A stretch of 64,000 nt of DNA from Halobacteriaceae archaeon (GTDB lineage Archaea > Halobacteriota > Halobacteria > Halobacteriales > Halobacteriaceae), in contig JBDGTS010000018.1 of the NCBI GenBank assembly GCA_042216675.1, positions 1 through 64,000 of the forward strand, written 5' to 3'. Positions 47,183 to 56,311 of this stretch are shown here, piece after piece; position 1 is the stretch's first letter, and every line of letters begins with the position of its first letter. Below the pieces are notes generated by a model that was not told the origin of the DNA, made no database searches, and saw only the letters and a list, made by a program, of their open reading frames with translations. The position numbers and the translations under genes are program-made.

Positions 47183-50100
47183 ATGAGCACGGAACCGGTA
47201 TCCCTCGACCTCGACCGGCGGTCGTTCGTGAAGGCGAGCGCGTTGGCCGGCGGCCTCATGCTCGGCGGGAGCGGGGCCGGCCAAGTGCTGGCCCAGAGCG
47301 GCGAGGACGAAACGGATGCCACTGATACGGACGCCGAACTGACCAAGACGATTTGTAACTTCTGTGCGGTCGGATGCGGCTTCCGCGGCGAGCGGAAGGG
47401 CGACGCATTCGTCGGGCAGGAGCCGTGGCACGAGCATCCCGTGAACAACGGGTCCCTCTGTGCGAAGGGCGCGGCCATCACGGGGAGCGAACACTCCGAG
47501 AAGCGAGTGAAGCACCCGATGGTGAAAGAGGACGGGGAGTGGCGAAAGTCCACGTGGGACGACGCCTACTCACGGATCGTCGACGAAATACAGCGCGTGT
47601 GGGAGGAGCACAGTCGCGAGAGCGTGATGTTCCTCGGGAGCGCCCACTGGTCGAACGAGGGCGCGTACGCGAGCCGAAAGCTGGCGGCGTTCCTCGGCAC
47701 GAACAACCTCGACCATCAGGCGCGCATCTGTCACTCGACGACGGTGAGCGGCCTCGCCAACACGTGGGGCTACGGCGCGATGACGAACACGATCAACGAC
47801 TACCGCAACTTCGATCTGAACCTCATCATCGGCCAGAACCCCGCCGAGGCCCACCCCATCGCGATGCAACACATCCTCGAGGGACAGCAGCGCGGCGGGA
47901 CCATCGTGTCCATCGACCCGCGCTACTCGAAGACGTCGGCGCACGCCGACCACTTCTTCCGCATCCGCCCCGGCACGGACACGGCCCTGATGATGGGCCT
48001 GATGAAGTACCTCCGCGACCAGGGGGAACTCGACGACGACATGCTCGGCGACCGGGTGCAGGGGTGGCCTGACGTCGAGAACGACCTCGACGACTACGAC
48101 CTCGACACCGTCGCCGAAATCACGTGGATCAGCCGTGAGGACCTCGAACAGATCGGCGACCTCATCATCGAGAACAAGCCCAACATCCAAATCGAGTGGG
48201 CGATGGGTGGCACCCAGCACAACAACGGCACCCAGAACATCCGCTCGTACGCCCTGACGAGTCTCTCGTCGGGCGCCGCCGCGCAGTCCGGCGGCGGACT
48301 GCAGGTGATGCGGGGGCACTCGAACGTGCAGGGCGCGACTGACCTCGCGGTGGCCAGTCACATCCTGCCCGGCTACTACCCCCTCAGCCCCGGGGGCTGG
48401 TCGTGGTGGGCGCAGGTGTGGGACAGAAGCCCCTACACCAGCGGCTCCACCGACTTCCGGTCGCTGTACGACCGCTTCGAGTTGATGGACCCCCAGAAGT
48501 TCGTCGAGCAGAGCCCGGTCCACGAAGGCATCGGGGACATCGACTCGGACGTCCCGGCGGAGAACTCGATGATGTTCCAGAACGGGCTGACGGTCGCTCG
48601 GTGGTACGAGGCGGCCCTCGACCAGCAGAACCGCCTGCTGAACTCCGAGATTTACCAGCCGGACCAGGTGAAAATCGCCATCTTCTGGGGCCACTCGGCG
48701 AACTCCATCTCGGAGATGCGGCGGATGAAAGACGCCGTGGAGAACCTCGACCTCCTCATCGTGGTCGATTTGTTCCCCTCGGTCATCAGCGTCCTCCCCG
48801 ACCCGGAGGACGCTCCGCCCATCGTGTTCCTGCCGGCGTCGAGCCAGTACGAACACCACCGGTCCGTGACGAACTCCCATCGCTCGGTGCAGTGGTCCGA
48901 ACCCGTGCGGCCGCCGTCGCACAACTCCAAGCCCGACCTCCAGATCATGCAGGAACTCGCCGACGAACTCGGCTTCGGCGAGCACTTCGACTGGGGGAGC
49001 GGGCCGGAGATGTACAGCGGTCGCTCGACGTACGAGGACGTCCTGCGCGAGATCAACCTCGGCACGATGACCATCGGCTACCGGCAGGACCCCGAGCGAC
49101 TCCAGCAACATCTGGAGTACGATTGGGCGTTCTCCACGGAGGACCTCAAGGCCGACGCGCCGGGCACCCCGGTGTCGGGCGACTACTGGATGCTTCCGTG
49201 GCCCTGCTGGGGCGAAGGACATCCGGGCACGCCCATCATCTGGCGCGACGACTTGGACCCCCGCAACGGCGGACAGGACTTCCGCACGCGGTGGGGCGTA
49301 CAGGCCCCCACCGAGGAGGAGTGGCAGAACATGGCCACGACGGACGAGTACCCGTTCCAAGCCACCATCGAGGAACAGGGTGAGGAGGGGCTGAGCCTCG
49401 TCCGGAACTCCTACGAACCCGACTGGTGGGACTCGGAGGTCCACGGCATTCCGGAGTACCCGGGGTGGAAGACGACGTTCCCGGACGACGTGAACAACTC
49501 CGACGCTCTGCCGCTTCCGTTCCAGTACGCGCTGGACCCCGACGAGTCGGTGTACACCTGCGCGCAGGCGATGAACCAGCAGAAGGACGCGGACTTCGAC
49601 CTCGACTTCTGGGAGCAGTACGACCACAAGCAACCGGACCCGCCGACGGGGCGGGGCCGGGCGCGCGCCGTGGTCTGGAACTTCCTCGACAAGACGCCGG
49701 TCCACCGGGAACCCATCGAGTCCCCGGACCCGGCGCTGGCCGAGGAGTGGCCCGCGAACGGCCAGCAGACGAACTTCTACCGCCTCGACCAGAACAACGC
49801 CGAGGTTCAGCAGGCCGCCACGTCGGCGGCCAACGAACAGGGGATGACGACCATCCTCACCTCCGGCCGACAGGTCGAGCATCAGGGTGGGGGCGCGGAG
49901 TCGCGGTCGAACGTGTTCCTCGCCGACCTCCAACCGCACATGTACGCGGAACTCAACCCGGAGCATCCGGTCGTCGCCGACGAAGGCGTCGATGGGGGTG
50001 ACCTCGTCGTCGTCTCGACGACGAACCGTGGCTCCGTGTTGGTGAAGGCCCGCGTCACCGACCGGCCGAACGAACGGGAGGTGTTCCTGCCCTTCCACTG

Positions 50101-50377
50101 GGGCGGGGTCTTCCAGGGCGAGAGCCAAGAGGACGAGTACCCCGACGGGCACGTGCCGTACGCCATCGGGGACTCGGTGAACAGCATCACCGCGCCGGGC
50201 TACGACGTGGAGACCCAGATGCAGGAGACGAAGGCGGCGCTGGTGAAAGTCCGGCCGGCGACCCAAGACCTGTTGGAGGAACTCGGCATGGACACGGACA
50301 TCGAGTTCCCGCAGGACCGGGACGGCTTCGGCCAGCAGAAAGACTTCGACGTCCGTGACTCGAACACCGTCCAGTGA
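47183..50377 (+). CDS. fdnG: Tat-exported formate dehydrogenase catalytic subunit (Mo/W-bisPGD, Cys ligand)
   Basis: DRRSFVK Tat signal, CNFCAVGC...LCAKG, DHQARICHS, GAMTN, RGHSNVQGATD, PFHW. Confidence 0.92.
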   Translation: MSTEPVSLDLDRRSFVKASALAGGLMLGGSGAGQVLAQSGEDETDATDTDAELTKTICNFCAVGCGFRGERKGDAFVGQEPWHEHPVNNGSLCAKGAAITGSEHSEKRVKHPMVKEDGEWRKSTWDDAYSRIVDEIQRVWEEHSRESVMFLGSAHWSNEGAYASRKLAAFLGTNNLDHQARICHSTTVSGLANTWGYGAMTNTINDYRNFDLNLIIGQNPAEAHPIAMQHILEGQQRGGTIVSIDPRYSKTSAHADHFFRIRPGTDTALMMGLMKYLRDQGELDDDMLGDRVQGWPDVENDLDDYDLDTVAEITWISREDLEQIGDLIIENKPNIQIEWAMGGTQHNNGTQNIRSYALTSLSSGAAAQSGGGLQVMRGHSNVQGATDLAVASHILPGYYPLSPGGWSWWAQVWDRSPYTSGSTDFRSLYDRFELMDPQKFVEQSPVHEGIGDIDSDVPAENSMMFQNGLTVARWYEAALDQQNRLLNSEIYQPDQVKIAIFWGHSANSISEMRRMKDAVENLDLLIVVDLFPSVISVLPDPEDAPPIVFLPASSQYEHHRSVTNSHRSVQWSEPVRPPSHNSKPDLQIMQELADELGFGEHFDWGSGPEMYSGRSTYEDVLREINLGTMTIGYRQDPERLQQHLEYDWAFSTEDLKADAPGTPVSGDYWMLPWPCWGEGHPGTPIIWRDDLDPRNGGQDFRTRWGVQAPTEEEWQNMATTDEYPFQATIEEQGEEGLSLVRNSYEPDWWDSEVHGIPEYPGWKTTFPDDVNNSDALPLPFQYALDPDESVYTCAQAMNQQKDADFDLDFWEQYDHKQPDPPTGRGRARAVVWNFLDKTPVHREPIESPDPALAEEWPANGQQTNFYRLDQNNAEVQQAATSAANEQGMTTILTSGRQVEHQGGGAESRSNVFLADLQPHMYAELNPEHPVVADEGVDGGDLVVVSTTNRGSVLVKARVTDRPNEREVFLPFHWGGVFQGESQEDEYPDGHVPYAIGDSVNSITAPGYDVETQMQETKAALVKVRPATQDLLEELGMDTDIEFPQDRDGFGQQKDFDVRDSNTVQ

Positions 50378-50383
50378 TAACAG

Positions 50384-51055
50384 ATGGCAACCAACCAATC
50401 AGAGGAGCCCGTGATGGGTCAGGGCGTGATGAGCACCGGCGACGGGGCGCGCATCTTCCCCGACGTCGAGGCCTGCATCGACTGCGGCGGTTGCGTGGTC
50501 GCGTGCAAGCGCACCTGGGACATCGGCAAAGAGGAACAGCGAATCAGCATCTCGACGATGCTGGAGGGCCAAGAGGCCGCTCAAGGCCTCGACGCCGACA
50601 GCGCCGGCGCCCTCGAGCAGGGCCAGTCGCCGGGCGAGACGTCGATTCCGATGCAGTGTTACCACTGCGAGGACGCGCCCTGCGTCTCGGTGTGCCCGAC
50701 GGACGCGCTGATAAAGAAAGACGACGGCTTCGTGAGCGTCCGCGACAACCTCTGCATCGGCTGTCAGTACTGCCTGTCCGCGTGCCCGTTCGGGGCGCCA
50801 CAGTTCCCCGAGGAGAACGACTCCAAGGCACAGGTGTTCGGCACGGGCGGCACGATGGACAAGTGCACGATGTGCGAGGAACGACAGGCGGTCAGCAAAG
50901 GGCCGGCCTGCGCGGAGGAGTGCTCGACGGACGCCATCCTCGTCGGCGATGCGGGCGAAATCGCCGACGAGATGGACCGCCGTGGGAGCGAACCGTTCTT
51001 CAACGACACGGCGATGGAGATCATCTTCGGCGAAGACGCCAGTGAGTTCTCGTGA
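50384..51055 (+). CDS. fdnH: Formate dehydrogenase iron-sulfur (beta) subunit
   Basis: CIDCGGCVVAC, CYHCEDAPCVSVCP, CIGCQYCLSACP, DKCTMC...PACAEEC. Confidence 0.9.
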   Translation: MATNQSEEPVMGQGVMSTGDGARIFPDVEACIDCGGCVVACKRTWDIGKEEQRISISTMLEGQEAAQGLDADSAGALEQGQSPGETSIPMQCYHCEDAPCVSVCPTDALIKKDDGFVSVRDNLCIGCQYCLSACPFGAPQFPEENDSKAQVFGTGGTMDKCTMCEERQAVSKGPACAEECSTDAILVGDAGEIADEMDRRGSEPFFNDTAMEIIFGEDASEFS

Positions 51056-51426
51056 GCGACGCCGTCGGCCGCGGCTACGCGGCGTGGGAAGTCGCGGTGA
51101 GCGCCGTCGCCGGCCTCGCCGTCGCGGTGCTGGCGGTGTGGTGGGCTAACGGCTTCGGCGTCGGCTTCGAGAGCCTCTGGCGCGTGAGCCCCACCGTGGA
51201 GGGCGGCGGCGTCGGCACGGACTGGGTGGCCGGCAACACCATCGCGTCGCTGGATGCGCTCATCTTCGTGACGCACCTCGCGGACGTGATGATGGGGCTG
51301 TTCATCATCTTCCTGTTTTTCCTGCACTGGGTGTCGTTCCGGCGCCTCGCGGACCGGATGCGGCCGCCCGGTGCGGAAACCGCCACCGACGGCGGCGAAG
51401 ACGTCGAGGGAGGTGAGAGCCGATGA
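51052..51426 (+). CDS. Small membrane protein within the FDH operon
   Basis: Hydrophobic helices containing two His residues; overlaps both neighbours by 4 nt. Confidence 0.75.
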   Translation: MSDAVGRGYAAWEVAVSAVAGLAVAVLAVWWANGFGVGFESLWRVSPTVEGGGVGTDWVAGNTIASLDALIFVTHLADVMMGLFIIFLFFLHWVSFRRLADRMRPPGAETATDGGEDVEGGESR

Positions 51427-52424
51427 CGAACCTCGACCACGGGAAGTTCACGCGGGTCACCACCATTTTCCACTCGCTGCTGGCCCTCGACGTGTTCTTC
51501 CTCTTCTTCACGGGCTACAGCATCATGTTCAACGACGAACTGTGGTGGCTCGTCGAGTTGATGGGCGGCATCGCGGGCGTCGCCGTCGTCCACCGCGTCG
51601 CCGGGTTCGGACTGCTGGTCCTCATCACCTTCTGGACGGTGCTGCAAGTCATCTCCCCGACCGGTCGCGGGAACATCTCGAAGGCCCTGCCGTCGCGGGC
51701 CGACGTGGACGCGTTCGTCCAGGACGTGCAGTTCATGTTCGGCCGCGCGGAGGAGCGCCACCCCAACGCACGGCAGTTCGCTGGCTACGAGGCCGACGAG
51801 GTGCCCCTGCTCTCCTACGTGGGCAAGGGCGTCGTCGCCATCTTCACCGTCGAGTTGGCCCTGCTGACGATTTCGGGGCTGCTCATCTGGAGCAAGACGG
51901 GCGTGATGGGCCTCTACCAGACGAAGACGGCGGCGATGGCGTTCGTCGTCTTCCACGGACTGCTCGGCGTCATCATGCTGATGGGGGTCATGTTTCACAT
52001 CTTCGAGCACGGCTTCCACCCGGCGTTCTACCCCGTCGAGACGAAGGCGTTCATCCCGAAGCGCCTCGTCCCCGAGTCCCACGAGGACGGCGACCACGAG
52101 GGCACGGGCATCGAGCGCCTGCAGCTGTCGCCGTCGTGGAACCGCGTCTCGACGGTGATGGGCGTCCTGACCATCGCCGGCATCGTGTCGGTGATGCTCG
52201 GGTCCATCTTCGACGAGGGGTATCCGGTGCCCGCCGAGTTGGCCGTGGGCGGCGGCCCGACGGACCTGCTGTTGACCCTCGGCATCAACGCCGGAATCCT
52301 CGTCCTGTTCGTCGGCCTCGTCCTCTCGACGTACGGCAACGTTCTGCGGGCGCGCTGGGAAAAGCGACTCAGCGAGCAGGAGGAATCGACGGCCGCCACC
52401 GACGGGGGCCACCCCGAGGACTAG
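51423..52424 (+). CDS. fdnI: Cytochrome b membrane subunit of FDH
   Basis: FHSLL..FTG, HRVAG, LSYVGK, FHGLLG...MFHI (heme-ligand His pattern) plus two extra TM helices. Confidence 0.85.
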   Translation: MTNLDHGKFTRVTTIFHSLLALDVFFLFFTGYSIMFNDELWWLVELMGGIAGVAVVHRVAGFGLLVLITFWTVLQVISPTGRGNISKALPSRADVDAFVQDVQFMFGRAEERHPNARQFAGYEADEVPLLSYVGKGVVAIFTVELALLTISGLLIWSKTGVMGLYQTKTAAMAFVVFHGLLGVIMLMGVMFHIFEHGFHPAFYPVETKAFIPKRLVPESHEDGDHEGTGIERLQLSPSWNRVSTVMGVLTIAGIVSVMLGSIFDEGYPVPAELAVGGGPTDLLLTLGINAGILVLFVGLVLSTYGNVLRARWEKRLSEQEESTAATDGGHPED

Positions 52425-52819
52425 GAGAGCAGCGTCGCGCTCTCGTTCGACAGGTCGACGGTCACGTCCTGTCGGGTCTGTTCCTGTATTTGATCGAGGT
52501 TGCGAGAGAGGACTTCGAGGATGTCGTCGGGTTCCGGGTAGACGAGCATGTTGCCGTCGTCGTCCTCCATCACTAACTGCGTGTCCGAGAGGGCCACCTG
52601 ATCGTTCTCGATGCTGGCCACGATGACCGGGAGTTCCTCTGCACCCCCGGGGTCGCCGTCCTCGACCATCGTCACGTAGAGGCCGTCCAAGCCGATGAGG
52701 TCCTTGTACTCCCGAACGCGCCGGGCGCAGGCGACCATGTCGCGGGTGACGGCGGCCTTCTGGTCGTTGCCGTGCTCACCCTCGTAGCAGTGCTTGCAGA
52801 CCCGGAGTTCGATGCGCAT
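52421..52819 (-). CDS. Hypothetical protein with N-terminal CxxC
   Basis: MRIELRVCKHCYEG...DMVAC; acidic ORF with typical codon usage. Confidence 0.75.
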   Translation of the reverse strand: MRIELRVCKHCYEGEHGNDQKAAVTRDMVACARRVREYKDLIGLDGLYVTMVEDGDPGGAEELPVIVASIENDQVALSDTQLVMEDDDGNMLVYPEPDDILEVLSRNLDQIQEQTRQDVTVDLSNESATLLS

Positions 52820-52894
52820 GCCCCTCTCTATCACACCCGGCGGTATTACCGTTGCGGGGGAACACTTACGGTATATCCCGAACAATCGTGGGCT

Positions 52895-53071
52895 ATGGCG
52901 GGAGCACTCGACACCGTGTACGTCGTCGCGGCCGTCGCACTGGCAGTCGTCGGCGTCGTCTACGTCGCACAGCAAGTCCACGGCCGGGGCGAGGAGCAAC
53001 CGTGGTTCGAGTGGGGGACGCTCGCCGTCGGGGCCGTCTTCTTGCTCGCGTTGGCCGCACAGTACGTCTGA
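52895..53071 (+). CDS. Small 2-TM membrane protein
   Basis: MAGALDTVYVVAAVALAVVGVVYV...WGTLAVGAVFLLALAA. Confidence 0.6.
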   Translation: MAGALDTVYVVAAVALAVVGVVYVAQQVHGRGEEQPWFEWGTLAVGAVFLLALAAQYV

Positions 53072-53113
53072 TCCCGACGCCGAACCGCATCGATTTCGCA
53101 TTCGGGAGTTGAC

Positions 53114-53338
53114 GTGTCCGTCGTGCCCCTCCGCGCGCGAATCGCCACGGCCGACGACTGGTTCACCGCCCACCGGCCGGTCTGGGTCCTCCTGCTGGCC
53201 GTCCTCTACGGCGTCGGCCACCTGCTGACGGGCGTCGTCGTCTCGGGCGAGTCCGCGTCGCCGGACGCCCTCGTCGAGGGACTGCTCCTCGGTGTCGGGT
53301 TCGCGACGACGTACGCGCTGCTCGATTCGCTCGTCTGA
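53114..53338 (+). CDS. Small 2-TM membrane protein
   Basis: Two hydrophobic helices; fills the intergenic gap. Confidence 0.55.
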   Translation: MSVVPLRARIATADDWFTAHRPVWVLLLAVLYGVGHLLTGVVVSGESASPDALVEGLLLGVGFATTYALLDSLV

Positions 53339-54421
53339 CTACGACCACTCCCTGATTCGCCGGTCGAGGGCGTAGGGACCAGACCCGGTGACCAGCAACA
53401 TGGAGGCTAACCCGAACAGCGTCACGTGCGCCAACACCGGGTCGTCGGGGAGGCCGAACAGCGTGAGCGTGAACATGAACAGCGCCACGAGCGAGGACGC
53501 GCGGGTGAAGGCGCCGACGACGAGTGCGGTGCCGAGCGCCGCCTCCGTCAGGCCCGCGCCGACGACCCAGAGACCCGGGTCGACGGGCACGACGGCGGTC
53601 AGATCGTACTTCTCCACGACCTGCAGTGCCACGCCCGGGCGGAGCAGTTTCTCGTAGAAGCCGAGGAAGATGAAGTTCAGGCCGAGACCCACGCGCACCA
53701 CGGTGGGCGCGTACTGCTCGTAGGGGTCGACCTGTTCGTTGAACCACTCCGCGAGGTCCTGAACCGGGTCGATGCGGCCGTACGTCGTCCGCGGCGCCGA
53801 GGCGATGCGTTGGAGGACGTGGTCGGCGCTGGGCCGGCCGCTCCCGAGGAGCATGATGGTGAGGAGACCGGTGACGTACTCGTTTGAGAGGACGAGGACG
53901 GGCGTGAACAGAACGCTGGTGAGGTAGGCGCCCAACGCGAGGAAGGCCACCAGCCGGGTCGCGATGCCGAACAGGAGCGCGAAGCCGACCCCGATTTGGA
54001 ACAGGCGACTCGACACGGAGAACAGGGGCAACACGGGCGCCACCTCGGGACTGAAGAAGTAGCCCGCGAAGCCCGCGCCGACCATCGGCAGGCCGAAACT
54101 CAGGCGGAGGAGCCACGGGAGCAGGTCGTCGTAGTCGCCCATGACGCGACGGAACACGGCCACGTCGTAGCTCAGCGGCCGGACGCGGAGATAGAGGAGT
54201 GCAGCGAGGAGAACGGAGACGCCGCCTCCGGCGAGGAGCGCGGCGTTGAACGGGTCCGTCACCACGTCGATGAAGAAGGCGAGGGGGTCCCGATGCCCGC
54301 CGCCCTCAGTCACGTAATCGACGTGGGCCGTCGCAGTTCCGACTGCGGCGACTGCCGCCGCTGTCCCGACGACTGCGCCGACGAGACGGCCGGCACGGGG
54401 GTCCATGGCACGGAGTACCAC
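53339..54421 (-). CDS. DoxX family membrane protein (duplicated domain)
   Basis: Signal-like N-terminus AHVDYV; two DoxX-like halves ending GSGRPSAD and GSGPYALD. Confidence 0.85.
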   Translation of the reverse strand: MVLRAMDPRAGRLVGAVVGTAAAVAAVGTATAHVDYVTEGGGHRDPLAFFIDVVTDPFNAALLAGGGVSVLLAALLYLRVRPLSYDVAVFRRVMGDYDDLLPWLLRLSFGLPMVGAGFAGYFFSPEVAPVLPLFSVSSRLFQIGVGFALLFGIATRLVAFLALGAYLTSVLFTPVLVLSNEYVTGLLTIMLLGSGRPSADHVLQRIASAPRTTYGRIDPVQDLAEWFNEQVDPYEQYAPTVVRVGLGLNFIFLGFYEKLLRPGVALQVVEKYDLTAVVPVDPGLWVVGAGLTEAALGTALVVGAFTRASSLVALFMFTLTLFGLPDDPVLAHVTLFGLASMLLVTGSGPYALDRRIREWS

Positions 54422-54430
54422 CGGACGCCA

Positions 54431-56311
54431 CTAATAACTGGTGAGCGTCACGCCAGCGAGCGACCCGGCGTCGGCGTCCCCGATGGCCGCCGCGAGCGCC
54501 GAGACGCCGGGTTTCCCGGCTCTGTCCGGAGCCGCGACGACGCGAACCGTCTCGGTGTCGACGCCCGCGAAACCGAGGTCGAGGGCGTCGGCCGTGGAGC
54601 GAAGACAGAGGCCCGCGTCCGCCTCGCCGCGAGCGACCTTCCGCGCGGGGCTCTCGTGGGCCTTCGTCGTCAGGTCGTAGCCGTCGATGGCGGCGGCGAG
54701 GGCGGCCCGGTCGGCGTCGCGGGCGTCGGCGAGTGCGTCGAGGGCGGCGTCGAGCGAGGCCCGCAGGCCGGACCCGGAGTCTCGATTCACGAAGCGCACG
54801 TCCCGGTCCACGAGGTCCCCCAGCCCCGACACGTCGGCGCCGGGCGCGACGGCGAGCCCCCACTCGCGGTCCCACGCGCCCAGCGCGACGGTTTCGGCGT
54901 CGGCCGCGACGGGGCCGGCGGTGACGGCCACGTCGGTGACGCCGTCACGCAGTCGTCGGAGGCCCTCGCGGGCGCCGACGGGGAGGTAGCGCGGACGCGC
55001 TACCTCGTCGAGCAGGCGCGAGAGAAGTGGGTCGTCCTCGCCCGCACCGAGGACCGTCGGCGCGCGCACGTCCGGCGAAAACAGCGTCACGTCCACCGTC
55101 TCGCCGACAGCGAGGTAGTCCGTGTCGGGACCCACCTCGACGACGCCGTCCGCCTCGACGAGGCTGGTGGTCGCGCCGCTTCCCTTGTCGACGGGGTAGA
55201 CGAGCGTCTGCCCGGCGCCGTCCTCGACGAGGCCCGCGGGCATCAGTCGGTGCCGACCCTCGCCGTAGCGCTCCCTGACGGCCATCTGCCCGGTGACAGT
55301 CGCCGTTGCGGGGTCGGGCTTGCCCGCCGCGCTGCGGATGGCCGGCGCGACGAACGTGCGGAAGATGGTGAGCGCCGAGACGGGGTAGCCCGGCAAGCCG
55401 ACGTAGGCGGACCCGCCGAGGCGCCCCACGATAGTCGGCTTGCCGGGCTTGACCGCGACCCCGTGGAGGAGGAGTTCGCCGCGGTCCTCGACGACGCGGT
55501 AGATGACGTCGACGGCGCTGGCGCTGGTGGACCCCGAGGAGAGTACCAACTCACACTCGTCGGCGGCCTCGTGGAGCAAGCGCTCCATCTCCTCGTAGTC
55601 GTCGCCGGCGTGGGGGTAGAGCACCGGGTCGCCGCCCGCCTCCTCGACGCCGGCGGCGACGGTGTAGCTGTTCACGTCGTAAATCTGACCCGCGGCGCTG
55701 TCGAGGTCGCCGCCCGGCCGGACGAGTTCGTCGCCCGTCGAGATGATGCCGACGCGCGGTGCGCGCCGGACCGGCACCTCGGCGACGCCGAGCGCCGAGA
55801 GCAGGCCGATTTCGCGCGGCGTGAGTTCCGTGCCGGGGCCGAGAGCGCGGGCGCCGGCCGCCACGTCCGCGCCGGCCAGCATCACGTTGTCGCCGGGCGC
55901 GACGGCAGTCCGGACCGCCACCGCGCCGTCTCGCTCCGTGGTTCGCTCGACCATCACCACCGCGTCGGCGCCGGGGGGCATCACCGCACCCGTCGAGATT
56001 TCGGCGGCCGTCCCGTCCTCGACGCTCACGTCGGGTTCGGAACCGGCGTGGACCGTCCCCGCGAGGTCGAGTTCGGCCGGGTCGGCCTCGTCCGCGCCGA
56101 AGGTGTCCGCCGCCCGCACCGCGTAGCCGTCCATCGACGCCCGGTCGAACCCCGGCACGTCGATTTCGGCGTCGATTCGCTCGGCGAGGACGCGGCCGCG
56201 CGCCTCGTCGAGGGGTACCGTCTCCACGCCGCCGCCCACGTCGAGGTCGGCGATGGTCTCGTGGAGCGTCGCCGGGTCGGCGAGGTCCCGAAACTCGCGG
56301 CGTTCGGTCAC
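54431..56311 (-). CDS. moeA: MoeA with C-terminal periplasmic-binding-protein-like domain
   Basis: PGFDRASMDGYA, STGDEL, SGSTS, VKPGKP, LPGYP; C-terminal FVNRDSGSG.R; GTGA overlap with the upstream moeA. Confidence 0.93.
   Translation of the reverse strand: MTERREFRDLADPATLHETIADLDVGGGVETVPLDEARGRVLAERIDAEIDVPGFDRASMDGYAVRAADTFGADEADPAELDLAGTVHAGSEPDVSVEDGTAAEISTGAVMPPGADAVVMVERTTERDGAVAVRTAVAPGDNVMLAGADVAAGARALGPGTELTPREIGLLSALGVAEVPVRRAPRVGIISTGDELVRPGGDLDSAAGQIYDVNSYTVAAGVEEAGGDPVLYPHAGDDYEEMERLLHEAADECELVLSSGSTSASAVDVIYRVVEDRGELLLHGVAVKPGKPTIVGRLGGSAYVGLPGYPVSALTIFRTFVAPAIRSAAGKPDPATATVTGQMAVRERYGEGRHRLMPAGLVEDGAGQTLVYPVDKGSGATTSLVEADGVVEVGPDTDYLAVGETVDVTLFSPDVRAPTVLGAGEDDPLLSRLLDEVARPRYLPVGAREGLRRLRDGVTDVAVTAGPVAADAETVALGAWDREWGLAVAPGADVSGLGDLVDRDVRFVNRDSGSGLRASLDAALDALADARDADRAALAAAIDGYDLTTKAHESPARKVARGEADAGLCLRSTADALDLGFAGVDTETVRVVAAPDRAGKPGVSALAAAIGDADAGSLAGVTLTSY

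Noticed and set aside
47720-47740. Selenocysteine in FDH
   Set aside because: The metal-ligand codon is TGT (Cys) in ARICHS and the reading frame is uninterrupted.
47570-50398. Long antisense or alternative-frame ORFs (e.g. 942 aa here; also 53996-56620, 44732-47053, 28469-30583, 75-1112)
   Set aside because: These are shadows of real genes in high-GC DNA with strong codon bias; they are R/V/G-rich and have no recognisable motifs.
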